Shown in pieces: positions 1 through 9,478 of a stretch of 64,000 nucleotides of DNA. The stretch lies in contig JAEUIU010000062.1 of NCBI GenBank assembly GCA_016795065.1, positions 35,712 to 99,711 on the forward strand, written 5' to 3'. The position numbers and the translations under genes were made by a program. Numbering within the stretch: the first letter of the stretch is position 1; each line of letters opens with the position of its first letter. Under the pieces are notes generated by a model. It had not been told where the DNA came from, searched no databases, and saw nothing but the letters and a program-made list of their open reading frames with translations. Origin of the DNA: Phycisphaerae bacterium (lineage in GTDB: Bacteria; Planctomycetota; Phycisphaerae; Phycisphaerales; SM1A02).

Positions 1-606
1 ATTCAGGTAGTACGCCTGGCGAATCCGTCGCACCGCCTCGTCAGGACGCTCCGCTGCCTCAGCGAGTTCAGACGCCCGCACATAGGCCTTCCATTGCGAT
101 TCACCCTTCACCTGAAGAGCGGCGGTGATCGCCATGTGTTCGAGATCAAGATCGTTGAGGCCGCGGCCGAGCTCCGCCAGCTTGAGCCAGCTCTCGACCT
201 CGGCCCGCTCATTGGCGCGGCTCTTGAGGAGTTGCACTAGTCGACCTCGCTCGTTGAGCTTCGCGTACACGTCAGCAAGGGCGAAGGCCACTTCCTGGCT
301 TTCGGGGTTTCGAGCCGCCGCGGTCTCGATGTGGGTGCGGGCTTCCTTCTCGCGACCGAGGTGCACGAGGCACATCCCGTATCGATACTCCGCTTCCCAG
401 TCACCCGGGTAGCGATCGATGATCTCGAGATAGGCCGGCGCGGCCTCCTCGTAGCGACCCCACTGGTAGTGGAAATCCCCTTCGGCGCGGGCGACGTGAA
501 CGGCCCGTGATCCACCGCAACCGGCGCAGCCGAGGAAGGCGGTGGCGACGAGAAGCGAGAGCGACGCGAACGGCCGGAGCGAGGAGCGTAAATGGGTCGT
601 GGGCAT
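1..606 (-). CDS. TPR-repeat lipoprotein, N-terminal part (gene runs off the left edge)
   Basis: My own translation of the minus strand from ATG 606-604 gives MPTTHLRSSLRPFASLSLLVATAFLGCAGCGG (signal peptide, lipobox-like LGC). TPR-like helical repeats follow (GDFHYQWGRYEEAAPAYLEII, EAEYRYGMCLVHLGREKEA). The frame stays open to position 1, so it is missing from the ORF track. Third-position GC is high. Confidence 0.55.
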   Translation of the reverse strand, partial: MPTTHLRSSLRPFASLSLLVATAFLGCAGCGGSRAVHVARAEGDFHYQWGRYEEAAPAYLEIIDRYPGDWEAEYRYGMCLVHLGREKEARTHIETAAARNPESQEVAFALADVYAKLNERGRLVQLLKSRANERAEVESWLKLAELGRGLNDLDLEHMAITAALQVKGESQWKAYVRASELAEAAERPDEAVRRIRQAYYLN

Positions 607-746
607 GGCAGGCACCCCCAACGCGGACCCGAGCCGGGACTCCGGCGAGGCTCGCGAAGAGCGGCGACGATGATACGGGAAGTGCCTTCCATCTGCCGGT
701 GCGGGCCGCGGCCGAAGCCCTGCCAATCCGGGCTACGCTTGTCGGC

Positions 747-1139
747 GTGAACCGGCGCATCGCACTTCTCCTGCACAGCGTGCCGGATGGCACCTCCCAC
801 GTGGATCTGCTGCTTGCCCCTGACGCGCGAGTGCGAGCTGATGATGAGCGGGCCGTCCCAACCTGGCGCTGCCCGACCCGACCGGATCGGGCGCCTCCGA
901 AGAGTGAGCTTCCAATCGAACGGATCGGCGATCATCGAGCTCGTTACCTACGCCTTGCTGAGCCATGCGACTTGAGCGACGGCCGGGGCCGCGTGGAGCC
1001 CCTTCGCAGCGGCACCGCTTCCGACGAGGCCGGCATCCTGCGCGTGTCATGGAGCGATGGCGGAGAATCGCGTTGGCACCTGAGCCTCGCTTTGACGGGA
1101 TGGGTACTCCGCATAGAGTCCAATAGCGACGGCGGCTAG
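747..1139 (+). CDS. Small LigD_N-like (3'-phosphoesterase-like fold) domain protein; start uncertain
   Basis: The C-terminal ~130 aa of ORF 507..1139 read RIALLLHSVPDGTSHVDLLL ... VPTWRCP ... IGDHRARYL ... GRGRVEPLRSG. This follows the motif order of LigD N-terminal domain proteins. The first ~80 aa of the track ORF are Arg-rich and overlap the minus-strand TPR gene, so I chose the in-frame GTG at 747. Confidence 0.4.
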   Translation: MNRRIALLLHSVPDGTSHVDLLLAPDARVRADDERAVPTWRCPTRPDRAPPKSELPIERIGDHRARYLRLAEPCDLSDGRGRVEPLRSGTASDEAGILRVSWSDGGESRWHLSLALTGWVLRIESNSDGG

Positions 1140-1162
1140 GCTCTCTTCCCACTAGAAACGAA

Positions 1163-1759
1163 ATGACGGCGAATCCCAATGCCGATGGACGCTTCCGTCC
1201 CAGCGCCGCTCTTTCCATGACCTGGCTCCAACTCATCCTCGCCGCCTCGCTCCTCCTTCTCGGCGGCGTGGCGGTGCTCTTGCAGCTTGCGAGCCTTCCG
1301 GGTACCTGGATCATCCTGCTCGTCGTGGTAGCAACCCATCTCTTCGAGACGTTCGTACCGATCGGCAGCGAGACGATCTTCGGGTGGGGCTCGATCGGGA
1401 CCATCGCGGGCCTTGCCCTGGTCGCGGAGCTCTTCGAAGTCGGCGCCTCGGCCGTCGGCGCCAAAACCGGCGGGGCCTCGAAACGGGGCATGACCGGGGC
1501 CATCGTCGGTAGCCTGTTGGGTGCGATCATCGGCACGTTCGTGCTCGCCTTCTTGCCGGTCATAGGTTCCCTTCTCGGGGCCCTGATCGGTGCGGCGATC
1601 GGCGCGATTGTTGGTGAACTCAGCGTGGGCGGGAAGACCCTTCGAGAGACCGCCAAGCCCGCGGCCGGCGCCGTGGCCGGGCGACTCATGGGCGTGGTCC
1701 TCAAGACGGTGGTCGCGGGCGTGATGCTCGTCGTGATGGCCGCGGCAGCCTTTAGCTAA
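1163..1759 (+). CDS. DUF456-like Gly-rich integral membrane protein
   Basis: 198-aa ORF with several hydrophobic helices and small-residue zipper motifs (GSLLGAIIGTF, GSLLGALIGAAIGAIVGE), typical of the DUF456 family. Confidence 0.6.
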   Translation: MTANPNADGRFRPSAALSMTWLQLILAASLLLLGGVAVLLQLASLPGTWIILLVVVATHLFETFVPIGSETIFGWGSIGTIAGLALVAELFEVGASAVGAKTGGASKRGMTGAIVGSLLGAIIGTFVLAFLPVIGSLLGALIGAAIGAIVGELSVGGKTLRETAKPAAGAVAGRLMGVVLKTVVAGVMLVVMAAAAFS

Positions 1760-1807
1760 CGGTTTTGGCTTCGTACGCCAGACGACCGCCAGTACGATGC
1801 GAGACCG

Positions 1808-2416
1808 ATGGGCGAAGCGCATACTCCGGACGACACCCCCGCCGCCGCGGATCGCCGGCCCACGCCCGGCGCGCCCGAGGCGCTGGCCGCCGTTGTCGAC
1901 CGGCTCTACCAGGATCTGAGGGCCATCGCCGAACGACAATTGAGGGCCGAAGACGCGGGACACACGCTTCAGCCGACCGCGCTGGTCCACGAGGCCTATC
2001 TCAAGCTCCTCCAACAGCGAGATGTCCGCTGGGACAACCCGGCTCAGGCTCTTGGGCTGGCAGCGCAAGCGATGCGACGTGTCCTGGTCGATCACGCCCG
2101 CGGCCGCGATACGGCGAAGCGCGGCGGAGATCGCGATCGAGTGACGCTTGAGAATGTCGACACGCCCTCACGCGAACGCGATGTCGACTTGTTAGGCCTC
2201 GAGGAGGCGCTTCAGAAGCTCGCCGTGATCGATGCGACGCAGGCCCGCATCGTCGAACTTCGCTTCTTCGGTGGACTCACTTGCGAGCAGGTCTCGGAGG
2301 TGCTCGCGATTCCCAAGCGCACCATCGACCGCGAGTGGGCCGCGGCACGGGCGTGGCTCTATCGCGAGCTTGGCGATGGACAGCCCGCACGCCCGGGACA
2401 GGCCGATGGATCTTGA
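1808..2416 (+). CDS. ECF-type RNA polymerase sigma factor (TIGR02999-like, kinase-associated class)
   Basis: Region 2-like LQPTALVHEAYLKLL and region 4 HTH (IVELRFFGGLTCEQVSEVLAIPKRTIDREWAAARAWL). The stop overlaps the downstream kinase start by 11 nt. Confidence 0.8.
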   Translation: MGEAHTPDDTPAAADRRPTPGAPEALAAVVDRLYQDLRAIAERQLRAEDAGHTLQPTALVHEAYLKLLQQRDVRWDNPAQALGLAAQAMRRVLVDHARGRDTAKRGGDRDRVTLENVDTPSRERDVDLLGLEEALQKLAVIDATQARIVELRFFGGLTCEQVSEVLAIPKRTIDREWAAARAWLYRELGDGQPARPGQADGS

Positions 2417-5400
2417 GCGACAGCGCCGGGCCCAGCGCCTCTTGGCGGAGCTGTTGGACCTACCATCCGCCGATCGCGATGCCCTGCTCCGTCGCGAGTG
2501 CACCGACGACGCCGAGCTGCGTCGTGAGGTGGAGTCGCTTCTCGCCGCAGCGGCGAGCTCGGCCGGATTCCTCGACACGCCCGCCATCGCCTCCGCCCGC
2601 GAGACGCTGACTGAGGAGATCACCCTCGTCGGGCGATTCCTCGGCGGATTCGAGATCCTCGACGAACTCGGCCGCGGCGGCATGGGCGTCGTCTATCGGG
2701 CGCGGCAGCGTTCGCCGGAGCGCATCGTCGCGGTGAAGGTGACACCCGGCGCATTCTCTCCTTCGGCCCGCCGGCGTTTCGACGCGGAGAGCCGGGCCCT
2801 CGCCCGCATGCAGCATCCGTCGATCGCGACCGTGCTTGAGGCTGGCGTCGACGGCACTACCGGCGTCGCGTGGATCGCGATGGAGTACGTCGAAGACGGC
2901 GCGTCGATCGCCACCTACGCCCGTGAGCGATCGCTCCCGCTGAACGACCTCCTTGCCCTCTTCGTCGAGGCCTGCGAGGCGGTCCACCACGGACATCTCA
3001 AGGGCGTCATCCATCGCGACCTCAAGCCGACGAATCTTCTCGTCGGTCGCGATGGGCGCGTGAAGGTCATCGACTTTGGGATCGCCCGACTGCTAGGTCC
3101 CGACGACTCACGCGTCACCCTCACTGCGGCGGGAATTCCGATCGGAACGCTTGCCTACATGAGTCCCGAGCAATGCACGGGCGATGCCGCGGACGTGCGT
3201 AGCGACGTCTACTCACTCGGCGTTGTCCTTCACGAGCTCGTCTCGGGAACGCAACCGCTGGCGGTGCAGGAACTCTCGCTGGAATCGGCGCTGCGCACGA
3301 TCAGGTCGCAGGCGCCGCCGCCGTTGCGGCGAATCATCCCATCCACGCCGGTTGACCTTGAGACCATCGTCCTGACCGCGCTTGAGAAGAACCCCGATCG
3401 CCGCTACCAATCCGTCGCAGCCCTGATCGACGACCTTCATCGCCTCCGCGACAGGCGCCCCATCGAGGCCCGGCCCGCCCGCTGGACGCATCATGCGAAG
3501 CTCTTCGCCCAGCGGCATCGGGCACTGGCGATTGCCGCGAGTGTGGTGCTCCTGTCGATGGCGATCGCGACGGCGGTGAGCGTCCGATTCGCCCTGGTGG
3601 CGAGTTCGGAACTCGTCGAACGGCGGAAGGCCGAATCGATCGCCCGACAGGAACGGGACGCGGCGATCCGGCACAGCTACGTGGCGACGATCGCCCTTGC
3701 CGGGGCGGCGCTGGAAGCGGGCGAGATCGGCCGCGTGCGACAGCACATTGGCGATGTTCCGGAGCGGTTGCGCGGCTGGGAGTGGACCTATCTCGATCGT
3801 CAGTCGCGACCGGCGTTGACCACCTTCGAGACCCATCGGTCGCGCGTGTTGACCGTCGCGTGCAGTCCGACGATGGACTTGATCGCATCGGGTGACATCA
3901 CCGGCTCGCTGCGATTCTGGCATCGCGAGGGGACGCCGGCCGCCGAGCCAATGACCTTCGAGCGCGGGGTCTTTGCGATCGACATCAGTCGCGACGGGTC
4001 GCTCCTTGCGGTGGGCAGCATGCAGATGCCGATCCGGCTGTACGGCATCGATCGCGACGGCGACCTGCGTCTGACGGCGCTGCCGCAGGAGTTCCCCCTG
4101 ATCAGCGGCGGCGTGAGTTGCGTCTCGATCAGCCCCGACGGAACGCTTCTTGCCTATGCCGGCGAGCGCGGCTGCCGCGTGTGGCAGATCGCCGATGCAC
4201 GCGAGCGCTTCTCGGCCGCCGACCCGGGGGCAATCCGATCGATCGCTTTCGATCCGCAGGGCAAGCGGCTGGCCATCGCTCATGAGGGCACGATCGCAAT
4301 CCACTCGACCCTCGATGGGAGCATCCTTCGCTCGCTGCAAGGCCCCTCGTGGGTCTATTCGATGGCGTGGACGCCAGACGCGACGCGGCTGATCGCTGGC
4401 GACACCGAAGGCGTCGTGCGGCTGTGGGATCCGGAGTCGGGCGAAGTCCGCCGCAAGTTGACGGGGCACCGACGCACGGTCCAGGCGCTCGGCGTGACGC
4501 CTGATGGCCAAGGCCTGCTGAGTGGCGGTGTCGACCAGAGCATGATTCTCTGGGATCTCGCGACCTTCGCGCCGCGGCGCATTCTCCCAGGTCATTCCGA
4601 GGCGGTGCATGCGATCGCCATCGCCCGCGACGGCACCTTCGCCGTCAGCGCCTCGAGCGATCGCACGGCACGCGTCTGGTCGCTGGCGGATGATGACGCG
4701 TCAACGAAGCAGTTCGGCGAGCGATGGCGCCCACTCGTTCCAACCGTCGCGTACTCACCCGACTCGCGACGACTCATCGCCGGCAACGAGCGCGGACTTG
4801 TCCTTCTTCTCGATGCCGAGACCTGGGAGACGATCGCGACGCGCGACACGCCAGGCCTGGGTTGCAGCGCCGCAGCGTTCTCGCCCGACGGCACGCGACT
4901 GGCAATCGCGAGTGGACCAACGTCCGTCCTGATCTTGGATGCCGCGATGAAGGAGACGCTCCTCACGCTTGAGAACACCGGCGACCTTGGCGACTCACAT
5001 TCGACCACGCGGCGCGTCGCGTCGCTGGCCTTCTCGCCCGATGGTCGCCTACTCTGCACAGGTTCGGCCGATCATGCGGTGCGCGTCTGGTCGCTCGACG
5101 GGGAGCGGGCCGGCACGGTGATCGCGTCGCTTCCGGCGGGCGGCGGCGGCCACGGCGCGGATGTCACCGCGGTGACGTTCTCGCCCGACGGTAACGCGGT
5201 CTACAGCGGGTCGGTGGATCGCTCGGTCGCTCGACTCGACGTTGCAACCAACGTGCGGCGCTGGATCCGTACCGTGCATGACGATTCGGTCTCGGCGTTG
5301 GCGATCCATCCTTCGGGTCGCGAACTCGTCAGCGGCGGACGCGATCAGCGGATGGTGGTCCTGAATGCCGAGGATGGCCGCACGATGGACAGTCTCTTGG

Positions 5401-5681
5401 GACACGGCCAATCGCCGACGCGAATCGCCTTCATGTCGAATGGCACGCGCATGGTGAGCGCATCGCTCTTTCTGGATGTGAAGGTCTGGGATTGGCCCGG
5501 TCGGTCGGAGCTGCTGACGCTTCGCGCACCTGCGCTCACCTCGATCAGGGCGATGGCGATTCGCCCCGACGAGCAGGAGATCGTGGTGGGCGGCGCGGGG
5601 GCGATCACGCGCTGGTCTGTTGTGCGAGTGCGCCACTTGAACTCGGAAAGTCCATCGTCGGCAAGTACCCTATCCCGATAG
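2406..5681 (+). CDS. Ser/Thr protein kinase with one TM segment and a large C-terminal WD40 beta-propeller region
   Basis: Hanks kinase motifs are present: GRGGMGVVYRA, VAVK, HRDLKPTNLLV, DFGIARL, YMSPEQ. A TM helix (ALAIAASVVLLSMAIATAVSV) is followed by many WD-type repeats (VRLWD, ARVWS, VRVWS, VKVWD). Start set at ATG 2406 (MDLERQRRAQRLLAELLDLP), in frame within track ORF 2232..5681. Confidence 0.85.
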   Translation: MDLERQRRAQRLLAELLDLPSADRDALLRRECTDDAELRREVESLLAAAASSAGFLDTPAIASARETLTEEITLVGRFLGGFEILDELGRGGMGVVYRARQRSPERIVAVKVTPGAFSPSARRRFDAESRALARMQHPSIATVLEAGVDGTTGVAWIAMEYVEDGASIATYARERSLPLNDLLALFVEACEAVHHGHLKGVIHRDLKPTNLLVGRDGRVKVIDFGIARLLGPDDSRVTLTAAGIPIGTLAYMSPEQCTGDAADVRSDVYSLGVVLHELVSGTQPLAVQELSLESALRTIRSQAPPPLRRIIPSTPVDLETIVLTALEKNPDRRYQSVAALIDDLHRLRDRRPIEARPARWTHHAKLFAQRHRALAIAASVVLLSMAIATAVSVRFALVASSELVERRKAESIARQERDAAIRHSYVATIALAGAALEAGEIGRVRQHIGDVPERLRGWEWTYLDRQSRPALTTFETHRSRVLTVACSPTMDLIASGDITGSLRFWHREGTPAAEPMTFERGVFAIDISRDGSLLAVGSMQMPIRLYGIDRDGDLRLTALPQEFPLISGGVSCVSISPDGTLLAYAGERGCRVWQIADARERFSAADPGAIRSIAFDPQGKRLAIAHEGTIAIHSTLDGSILRSLQGPSWVYSMAWTPDATRLIAGDTEGVVRLWDPESGEVRRKLTGHRRTVQALGVTPDGQGLLSGGVDQSMILWDLATFAPRRILPGHSEAVHAIAIARDGTFAVSASSDRTARVWSLADDDASTKQFGERWRPLVPTVAYSPDSRRLIAGNERGLVLLLDAETWETIATRDTPGLGCSAAAFSPDGTRLAIASGPTSVLILDAAMKETLLTLENTGDLGDSHSTTRRVASLAFSPDGRLLCTGSADHAVRVWSLDGERAGTVIASLPAGGGGHGADVTAVTFSPDGNAVYSGSVDRSVARLDVATNVRRWIRTVHDDSVSALAIHPSGRELVSGGRDQRMVVLNAEDGRTMDSLLGHGQSPTRIAFMSNGTRMVSASLFLDVKVWDWPGRSELLTLRAPALTSIRAMAIRPDEQEIVVGGAGAITRWSVVRVRHLNSESPSSASTLSR

Positions 5682-5751
5682 CATGCATCCCGCACAGGGA
5701 ACCGCGCCGATGTTGGCGCGGACCTTCGGACAACCCGCCAAGGACTCACTC

Positions 5752-6438
5752 ATGAAGCGCACGATCATTGGTTCGCTCGCTGTTACCGCCGCCGTCGCCG
5801 TCTCGCTCGCCGCCGCCCAGAACTCCGCCAAGCCGGCGGACACAAAGGCTGCTCCGCCCGCCGAAATGCAACTTCCTCCGGGCATGACCATGGAGGAGAT
5901 GCAGGCCTACATGGCAGCTGCTACCCCGGGCCCAATGCACGAGCACCTGATGAAGGGCGTCGGCACGTGGACCGGCACGACGAAGTCATGGATGGACCCG
6001 GATTCGGCGCCGAGCACCGGCACATGCACTTCCACCATCACTGCCCTAATGGACGGCAAGTTCACCAAGGCCGAGATCGACGGCGACATGCCCGGCATGG
6101 GGCCGTTCAAGGGCATGGGCCTCAACGGCTTCGACAACGTCTCGAAGTCCTTCCAGTCGACGTGGATCGACAACATGGGTACCGGCATGATGCAGGGCAC
6201 GGGCACCCTTTCCGCCGACGGCAAGGTGCTCACCTGGAACTTCAATTTCCACTGCCCGATCACCAAGAAGCCCGCCGTCATGCGCGAGGTGGAGACCTTC
6301 ACTGGTCCGAACTCGATGACGCTCGAAATGTTCGGCCCGCACCCGAAGACCGGCAAGGAATTCAAGATGATGGAGATCGCCTTCACGCGATCCTCCGCTC
6401 CGACCGGCAAGGCGACCGCAACCGGCAGCGAGCGTTGA
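5752..6438 (+). CDS. DUF1579 family secreted protein
   Basis: Signal peptide MKRTIIGSLAVTAAVAVSLAAAQ. The body (GVGTWTGTTKSWMDP...MDGKFT...FQSTWIDNMGTGMM...MTLEMFG) matches the DUF1579 pattern. ATG 5752 is in frame in ORF 5683..6438. Confidence 0.7.
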   Translation: MKRTIIGSLAVTAAVAVSLAAAQNSAKPADTKAAPPAEMQLPPGMTMEEMQAYMAAATPGPMHEHLMKGVGTWTGTTKSWMDPDSAPSTGTCTSTITALMDGKFTKAEIDGDMPGMGPFKGMGLNGFDNVSKSFQSTWIDNMGTGMMQGTGTLSADGKVLTWNFNFHCPITKKPAVMREVETFTGPNSMTLEMFGPHPKTGKEFKMMEIAFTRSSAPTGKATATGSER

Positions 6439-6472
6439 TGAGACGCTGACAGCTCGGTGATGCGTCAACGAA

Positions 6473-6510
6473 GCCGCCCGCCTGCGAACCCGCAGGCGGG
6501 CGGCGTTTCA
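6473..6510. terminator. Bidirectional rho-independent-type terminator between convergent genes
   Basis: Perfect 14-bp GC-rich stem gccgcccgcctgcg / cgcaggcgggcggc with 4-nt loop aacc, followed by gtttcaatt. It sits between the DUF1579 stop (6438) and the pilB stop (6555). Confidence 0.75.
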
Positions 6511-6554
6511 ATTCGGGTCAGTCGCCGAGGGTGCGGCGGCGGTTACGGAGCGCC

Positions 6555-8669
6555 CTAAATAGTCGCTTCGGTCACGCGCAGGACTTCCTCGACCGTCGTG
6601 CGTCCCTGCTTCACCTTTTCGAAGCCGTCCTGGCGAAGCGAGACCATGCCTCGCTCGACGCAGGTGCGGCGGAACTCGGTGACGTTGGGGCTGGCGGCAA
6701 CCCGGTCGCGCAGGAAGTCGTCGAGGACGAGAAGTTCGTAGATGCCCAGACGTCCGGAGTAGCCGGTCTCGCGGCAGTTCGAGCATCCCTTTGGCATAAC
6801 AATTCGCTCGCCGTCGATGCCGTGCATGACGAGGAAGTCCTTCATGTCGTCCGGCACTGGCTCCTCACGGGCGCAGTGCTTGCAAACCTTGCGGACAAGT
6901 CGCTGGGCGAGCACGCCGTTCATCGCGGCGCCGACCAGGAAGGGTTCGATGCCGATGTTGATGAGTCGCGTGATGGAACTGGGGGCGTCGTTGGTGTGCA
7001 GGGTCGAAAGCACCAAGTGGCCGGTGAGCGCCGCCTGAATGGCGGTGTTCGCCGTCTCCTGGTCTCGAATCTCGCCGACCATGACCACGTCGGGGTCCTG
7101 ACGCAGGAGGGCCTTCAGGGCACGGGCGAAGGTCATCCCGATCTTCTCGTGCGTCTGGATCTGGGTGATGCCGGCGAGGTTGTATTCGACCGGGTCCTCG
7201 ACCGTCGAGATGTTCATCCGACGCGTGTCCATCTGGCGGATGGAAGAGTAGAGCGTCGTCGTCTTGCCGCTGCCGGTCGGGCCCGTGACGAGGATGATGC
7301 CGTGGGGCATGTCGATCTGGTTCTTCCAGATCGTGAGCGTGTCCTCGCCGAAGCCGAGATCATCGAGCGACACCGAGATCGAACGGTTGTCGAGGATACG
7401 CATAACCGTCTTCTCGCCCTTGCTCGTCGGCACGGTCGAGACGCGGAGGTCGATCTTGCGGCCCAGCACCGTGACGCGGATGCGGCCGTCCTGCGGCAGT
7501 CGCCGTTCGGCGATGTCGAGGTTGGCCATGATCTTGATGCGGCTGGTCAGCGCGGCGTGCATCTTTCGCGGCGGCGTCATCGATTCGAAGAGGACGCCGT
7601 CAATACGGAAGCGCACCTTGAGCACCTTGTCGTCGGGCTCGATATGGATATCTGACGCCCCTTCCTTCAGGGCCGTCTGGATGATGTGATTGACATAGCG
7701 AACGACCGGCGAACTTTCGGCGTCAGCCTCGACGTTGTCGTTGACCTTCTCCTCTTCCTCGACCTCGACGTCGTCCTCGTCGACGTTGGCGAGGATCTCG
7801 TCAATGTCGACCTCGGTCGCCGAGGCCTCGGTCTTGGACTGGATGTAGGCGTTGACATCACCGGCGGTGATCAGAACGTGTTTGACCGCGGGCACGCCAA
7901 GTCGGCGCTTCACATCGTCGAGCAGGAAGACGTCGTCGGGGCTGGTGCTGCCGATCACGACGCGGTGTCCGTCCATCCGGAGCGGAAGGACGAGGTTCTG
8001 TCGGCAGAACTCCTGGCCGAGCCGCTGGAAGGCACGCGACTCAACCGGCTCGGTCGCCTTCAGGTCGACCCGTTCGAAGGGGAGCCGTGCCAGTTCGGCG
8101 ACGACCGCCTGCACTTTGGCTTCGTCGATCCCTGACTCCATGAGAAGCTGCGAGAGCTTCTTGCCAGGGGTCTGCTTGAGAATGCGCTGGGCGCTCGAAA
8201 GGCGCTCCTGATCAATGACGCCTCGCTCGAGGAGGATCGAACCGAGGTCACCGGCCGCACCGCGCTTGGCCGGCGTGTAGACGTCGCTCATCGCGTCGTC
8301 GGGACGCGAGCGGGCGGCTGGCGCATTGGCGGCGGCGAGCGACGTGTCGGTCTCCTCACCGAAGCCCTGACCATTGAGGTCCGGCGGCCGCGGCGAGTCC
8401 ATCGACGGCGAGATGGGAGCCCGCGGCCGAGTGATCGGCGGCGGAACCGGCGACTCGTCGTCGGATCCGCCGGCGCTTCCGGGACCGGAGGGCGGTCCCA
8501 GATTCGGGCGCTGCATGGGTGGCTGGGATGGCTGGTCAGTCTTTTGGTCAGCTTTCTGGCTGCGCTGCGGCGCCCCCGCAGGAGCGGTCGTGTCTGGCAC
8601 GATCTCCTTCGGCGCGTCCTTGCGTGGCTGCCCGAGACCCTTGAGCAGTTCGTCCCAGTTGAATCCCAT
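6555..8669 (-). CDS. pilB: Type IV pilus / T2SS assembly ATPase (GspE/PilB family) with Pro-rich N-terminal extension
   Basis: Walker A GPTGSGKTTT, Asp/His boxes, Walker B VVMVGEIRD, and the tetracysteine motif CKHC...CSNC. A T2SSE_N-like domain begins around aa 140. RBS GAGGGGAG lies 6 nt upstream of ATG 8669. Confidence 0.9.
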   Translation of the reverse strand: MGFNWDELLKGLGQPRKDAPKEIVPDTTAPAGAPQRSQKADQKTDQPSQPPMQRPNLGPPSGPGSAGGSDDESPVPPPITRPRAPISPSMDSPRPPDLNGQGFGEETDTSLAAANAPAARSRPDDAMSDVYTPAKRGAAGDLGSILLERGVIDQERLSSAQRILKQTPGKKLSQLLMESGIDEAKVQAVVAELARLPFERVDLKATEPVESRAFQRLGQEFCRQNLVLPLRMDGHRVVIGSTSPDDVFLLDDVKRRLGVPAVKHVLITAGDVNAYIQSKTEASATEVDIDEILANVDEDDVEVEEEEKVNDNVEADAESSPVVRYVNHIIQTALKEGASDIHIEPDDKVLKVRFRIDGVLFESMTPPRKMHAALTSRIKIMANLDIAERRLPQDGRIRVTVLGRKIDLRVSTVPTSKGEKTVMRILDNRSISVSLDDLGFGEDTLTIWKNQIDMPHGIILVTGPTGSGKTTTLYSSIRQMDTRRMNISTVEDPVEYNLAGITQIQTHEKIGMTFARALKALLRQDPDVVMVGEIRDQETANTAIQAALTGHLVLSTLHTNDAPSSITRLINIGIEPFLVGAAMNGVLAQRLVRKVCKHCAREEPVPDDMKDFLVMHGIDGERIVMPKGCSNCRETGYSGRLGIYELLVLDDFLRDRVAASPNVTEFRRTCVERGMVSLRQDGFEKVKQGRTTVEEVLRVTEATI

Positions 8670-8692
8670 GACGGCTCCCCTCGTTGCCCGAC

Positions 8693-9478
8693 TCAGAAGC
8701 GCTTGATGACATTGACCGTGACCAGCCGCTCGTGCTTCAGCTCGGCGCTGTAGGCGCGCACGGTGATCGCGTCGCGCTCGACTGCCTCGAGGCTGAACTC
8801 GATGTCGCTGCCCTCGACGCCGAAGATCTCACCGATCCGCATCATGTGGCCGTTGATGTTGGCCAGGCCGACGGCCCCCTTCTCATTCGTGCTCGAGAGC
8901 GTCGACTGGAGTCGGATCGCCGCCGCTGCGGCGTCGACCTTCTCCTGCCATGCAATGATCGGGTCTGCCTTTGGCGCTTCCTTGACGGGGATCGATTCAG
9001 GTGACGTTGCCGGCTTCGCCTCGGGCTGGTAGACGACGAACGGGTTCTTCTGAACGTCTTCGGCGGGGACCTGAAGATCCGTCGGCGGTTGCGTACGGTT
9101 CACGAAGACCTCGGGCTTCTCGGGCGCGGCGGCTTCGCCGGTCTTCGGTCCAAGTGCCTTGCTGACGAGTTCCTCGATCTCCTTGCTTGTCTTCGGGCCG
9201 CTTGCCGCGGCGCGATCGATGGCCCGCATCGTCCAGAGGCTTGCGCCCGAGGCGATGACGACGCCGGCAAGGATGAGCGTGCCGGAGTTGATCCTTCGGC
9301 GCACGCGGGCTGAGGCCCCGGTGAGGGCGCCATCCATCGAACCGTCCGCCGAACCGTCCAGCGAACTGGTCGTGGTCTCCGCGATCTCGTTCTCGTCGGC
9401 CGGCTTGTTAGCTTCGCTTGCGCGTTTGGGTGTCACGCTTCCCTCCAATCGTCTCGAACTGGGGCTGATCGCCGGCAT
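8693..9478 (-). CDS. PilP-like membrane-anchored pilus assembly protein (start uncertain)
   Basis: Position between pilO and pilB. One TM (SGTLILAGVVIASGASLW), a Pro/Lys-rich linker and a C-terminal beta-rich domain (ANINGHMMRIGEIFGVEGSDIEFSLEAVERDAITVRAY). The track start overlaps pilO by 71 nt; an internal ATG at 9337 is an alternative. Confidence 0.45.
   Translation of the reverse strand: MPAISPSSRRLEGSVTPKRASEANKPADENEIAETTTSSLDGSADGSMDGALTGASARVRRRINSGTLILAGVVIASGASLWTMRAIDRAAASGPKTSKEIEELVSKALGPKTGEAAAPEKPEVFVNRTQPPTDLQVPAEDVQKNPFVVYQPEAKPATSPESIPVKEAPKADPIIAWQEKVDAAAAAIRLQSTLSSTNEKGAVGLANINGHMMRIGEIFGVEGSDIEFSLEAVERDAITVRAYSAELKHERLVTVNVIKRF

Noticed and set aside
2232-2405. Upstream extension of the kinase ORF (track start 2232), and similar 5' extensions of ORFs 18270, 22952, 24898, 27162, 28316, 34515..35606, 35126 and 30963..32342
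   Set aside because: The extended parts overlap the preceding gene or are Arg/Pro-rich with no similarity to the family. Internal ATGs with RBS-like purine tracts give N-termini that match the expected family starts, for example [39 protein letters not shown].
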